A stretch of DNA of 27,965 nt from a virus (taxonomy: Duplodnaviria > Caudoviricetes). Below, piece by piece: positions 26,798-27,965 of this stretch. Position numbers and translations under genes: made by a program. Each line of letters begins with the position of its first letter. Position 1 is the stretch's first letter. A model generated the notes under the pieces. The model made no database searches and was not told where the DNA came from. It was given only the letters and a program-made list of their open reading frames with translations. The stretch is from IMG/VR virus record IMGVR_UViG_3300046001_003713, positions 1-27,965 of that record. The stretch is one strand, 5' to 3'.

Positions 26798-26980
26798 ATG
26801 TCAAATCAAAATAGTGAAGTTGATGTGAATGTATTGATTAAACTTTATAATCAAAAACTAGCGTCACTGTCAAATCAAAATATTTTGTTGGAAGCAAAAC
26901 TTCAAACATTGACTCAAGATTATTCTACGTTAGAAGAAAAATATAATGAACTATTAATTTCCAATCAATCAGAGGAATAA
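26798..26980 (+). CDS. Small coiled-coil hypothetical protein (60 aa)
   Basis: SD GGAGGA at 26780-26785. Heptad pattern YNQKLASLSNQNILLEAKLQTL. Tight packing between neighbours. Confidence 0.75.
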   Translation: MSNQNSEVDVNVLIKLYNQKLASLSNQNILLEAKLQTLTQDYSTLEEKYNELLISNQSEE

Positions 26981-26984
26981 TAAA

Positions 26985-27830
26985 ATGGCAAAACCAGCAA
27001 GTAGACAAGAACTAATTGATTACTGTTTAAGAAGGCTGGGTGCCCCTGTATTGGAGATTAACGTTGATGATGACCAAATAGACGATTTAGTAGATGACGC
27101 CCTACAGTACTTCCAGGAGCGTCATTTTGATGGTGTTGAGAGAATGTATCTAAAGTACAAATTATCTCAAGCAGATTTGGATAGAGGTAAAGCAAAAGGT
27201 ACAAACGGTGTTGGAATTGTAACTACAACATCAACATCCACAAACATCAGTGGATATGGAACGGTTACTTCAAATTTTTATGAGACCTCTAATTTTATTC
27301 AAGTTCCAGACTCTGTGATTGGAATTGAAAAGGTTTTTAAATTTGATACCAGTTCAATTTCTGGTGGAATGTTTAGTATCAAGTATCAGTTGTTTTTAAA
27401 TGATCTTTATTATTTCAATTCTGTTGAACTGTTACAGTATGCTATGACAAAAACTTATCTGGAAGATATTGACTTTTTATTAACCACAGATAAACAAGTT
27501 AGATATAACAAAAGACAAGACAGATTGTATTTGGATATTGATTGGGGAGCACAAACTGTAGATACTTTCTTGGTTCTAGACTGCTACAGAATTTTAGATC
27601 CAAATACCTACACAAATGTATATAATGACAGTTTTCTAAAAAAATATTTAACGTCCCTCATTAAGAGACAATGGGGTCAAAACCTTATTAAGTTTAGGGG
27701 AGTAAAACTTCCTGGAGGAATTGAACTTAATGGTAGAGAAATCTATGAAGATGCAGAAAGAGAACTAGAAAGTATTAAACAAGTAATGGCTCTTGAATAT
27801 GAGCTTCCACCTTACGATTTTATTGGATAA
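26985..27830 (+). CDS. gp13: Neck protein gp13
   Basis: P.SRQELIDYCLRRLGAPVLEINVDDDQIDD.VDDALQYF.E.HFDG and KRQWGQNLIKF.GV.LPGG..LNG..IY.DA. SD GAGGA. Confidence 0.95.
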   Translation: MAKPASRQELIDYCLRRLGAPVLEINVDDDQIDDLVDDALQYFQERHFDGVERMYLKYKLSQADLDRGKAKGTNGVGIVTTTSTSTNISGYGTVTSNFYETSNFIQVPDSVIGIEKVFKFDTSSISGGMFSIKYQLFLNDLYYFNSVELLQYAMTKTYLEDIDFLLTTDKQVRYNKRQDRLYLDIDWGAQTVDTFLVLDCYRILDPNTYTNVYNDSFLKKYLTSLIKRQWGQNLIKFRGVKLPGGIELNGREIYEDAERELESIKQVMALEYELPPYDFIG

Positions 27831-27965
27831 TGGCACTTAATCCCTTTTTCCTTCAAGGATCTCCCAGTGAGCAGAGACTTGTACAAGATCTTATCAACGA
27901 ACAACTAACGATTTATGGAGTAGAAGTAACTTATATTCCAAGAAAATTTGTACGAAAGCAGACCA
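27830..27965 (+). CDS. gp14: Neck protein gp14, N-terminal part (runs off the window; absent from the ORF track)
   Basis: TAATG overlap with the gp13 stop. Translates to MALNPFFLQGSPSEQRLVQDLINEQLTIYGVEVTYIPRKFVRKQT, a typical cyanophage gp14 N-terminus. Synteny with gp13. Confidence 0.9.
   Translation, partial: MALNPFFLQGSPSEQRLVQDLINEQLTIYGVEVTYIPRKFVRKQT

Noticed and set aside
1-27965. tRNA, rRNA, CRISPR array, transposase/integrase, or an alternative genetic code
   Set aside because: Intergenic gaps are under 70 nt, no spaced repeats were seen, and all genes read fully in the standard code with TAA, TAG and TGA all used as stops.

Overview
AT-rich (roughly one third G+C by eye) segment of a T4-like myovirus, most likely a cyanophage (Kyanoviridae-like). 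All real genes are on the + strand. Order: 5'-truncated conserved hypothetical, pyruvoyl-dependent S-adenosylmethionine decarboxylase (speD, an auxiliary metabolic gene), a structured intergenic leader, a small hypothetical, then the late baseplate/neck module. That module is gp25, gp6, a giant 3957-aa gp7-like wedge protein, gp8, a 2361-aa VrlC/DUF4815-like virion protein, several small structural or hypothetical genes, a 560-aa fibre-like protein, gp13 and the start of gp14 (missing from the ORF track). T4-type late promoters (TATAAATA) precede gp25, gp8 and the 24541 gene. I saw no tRNA, CRISPR, reverse transcriptase, integrase or transposase, and no clearly new multi-gene system. The best second-look signals are: a double-hairpin leader with two AGGAG copies and a 16S-like anti-SD at 955-1010; near absence of RGCY sites alongside GATC enrichment; a split YHYH-like domain and nested repeats in gp7; a GC-rich patch inside gp7; and C-terminal (D/N)GGxF motifs whose codons double as Shine-Dalgarno sites. 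All product calls come from motif recognition and synteny, and all counts are by hand; no searches were run.
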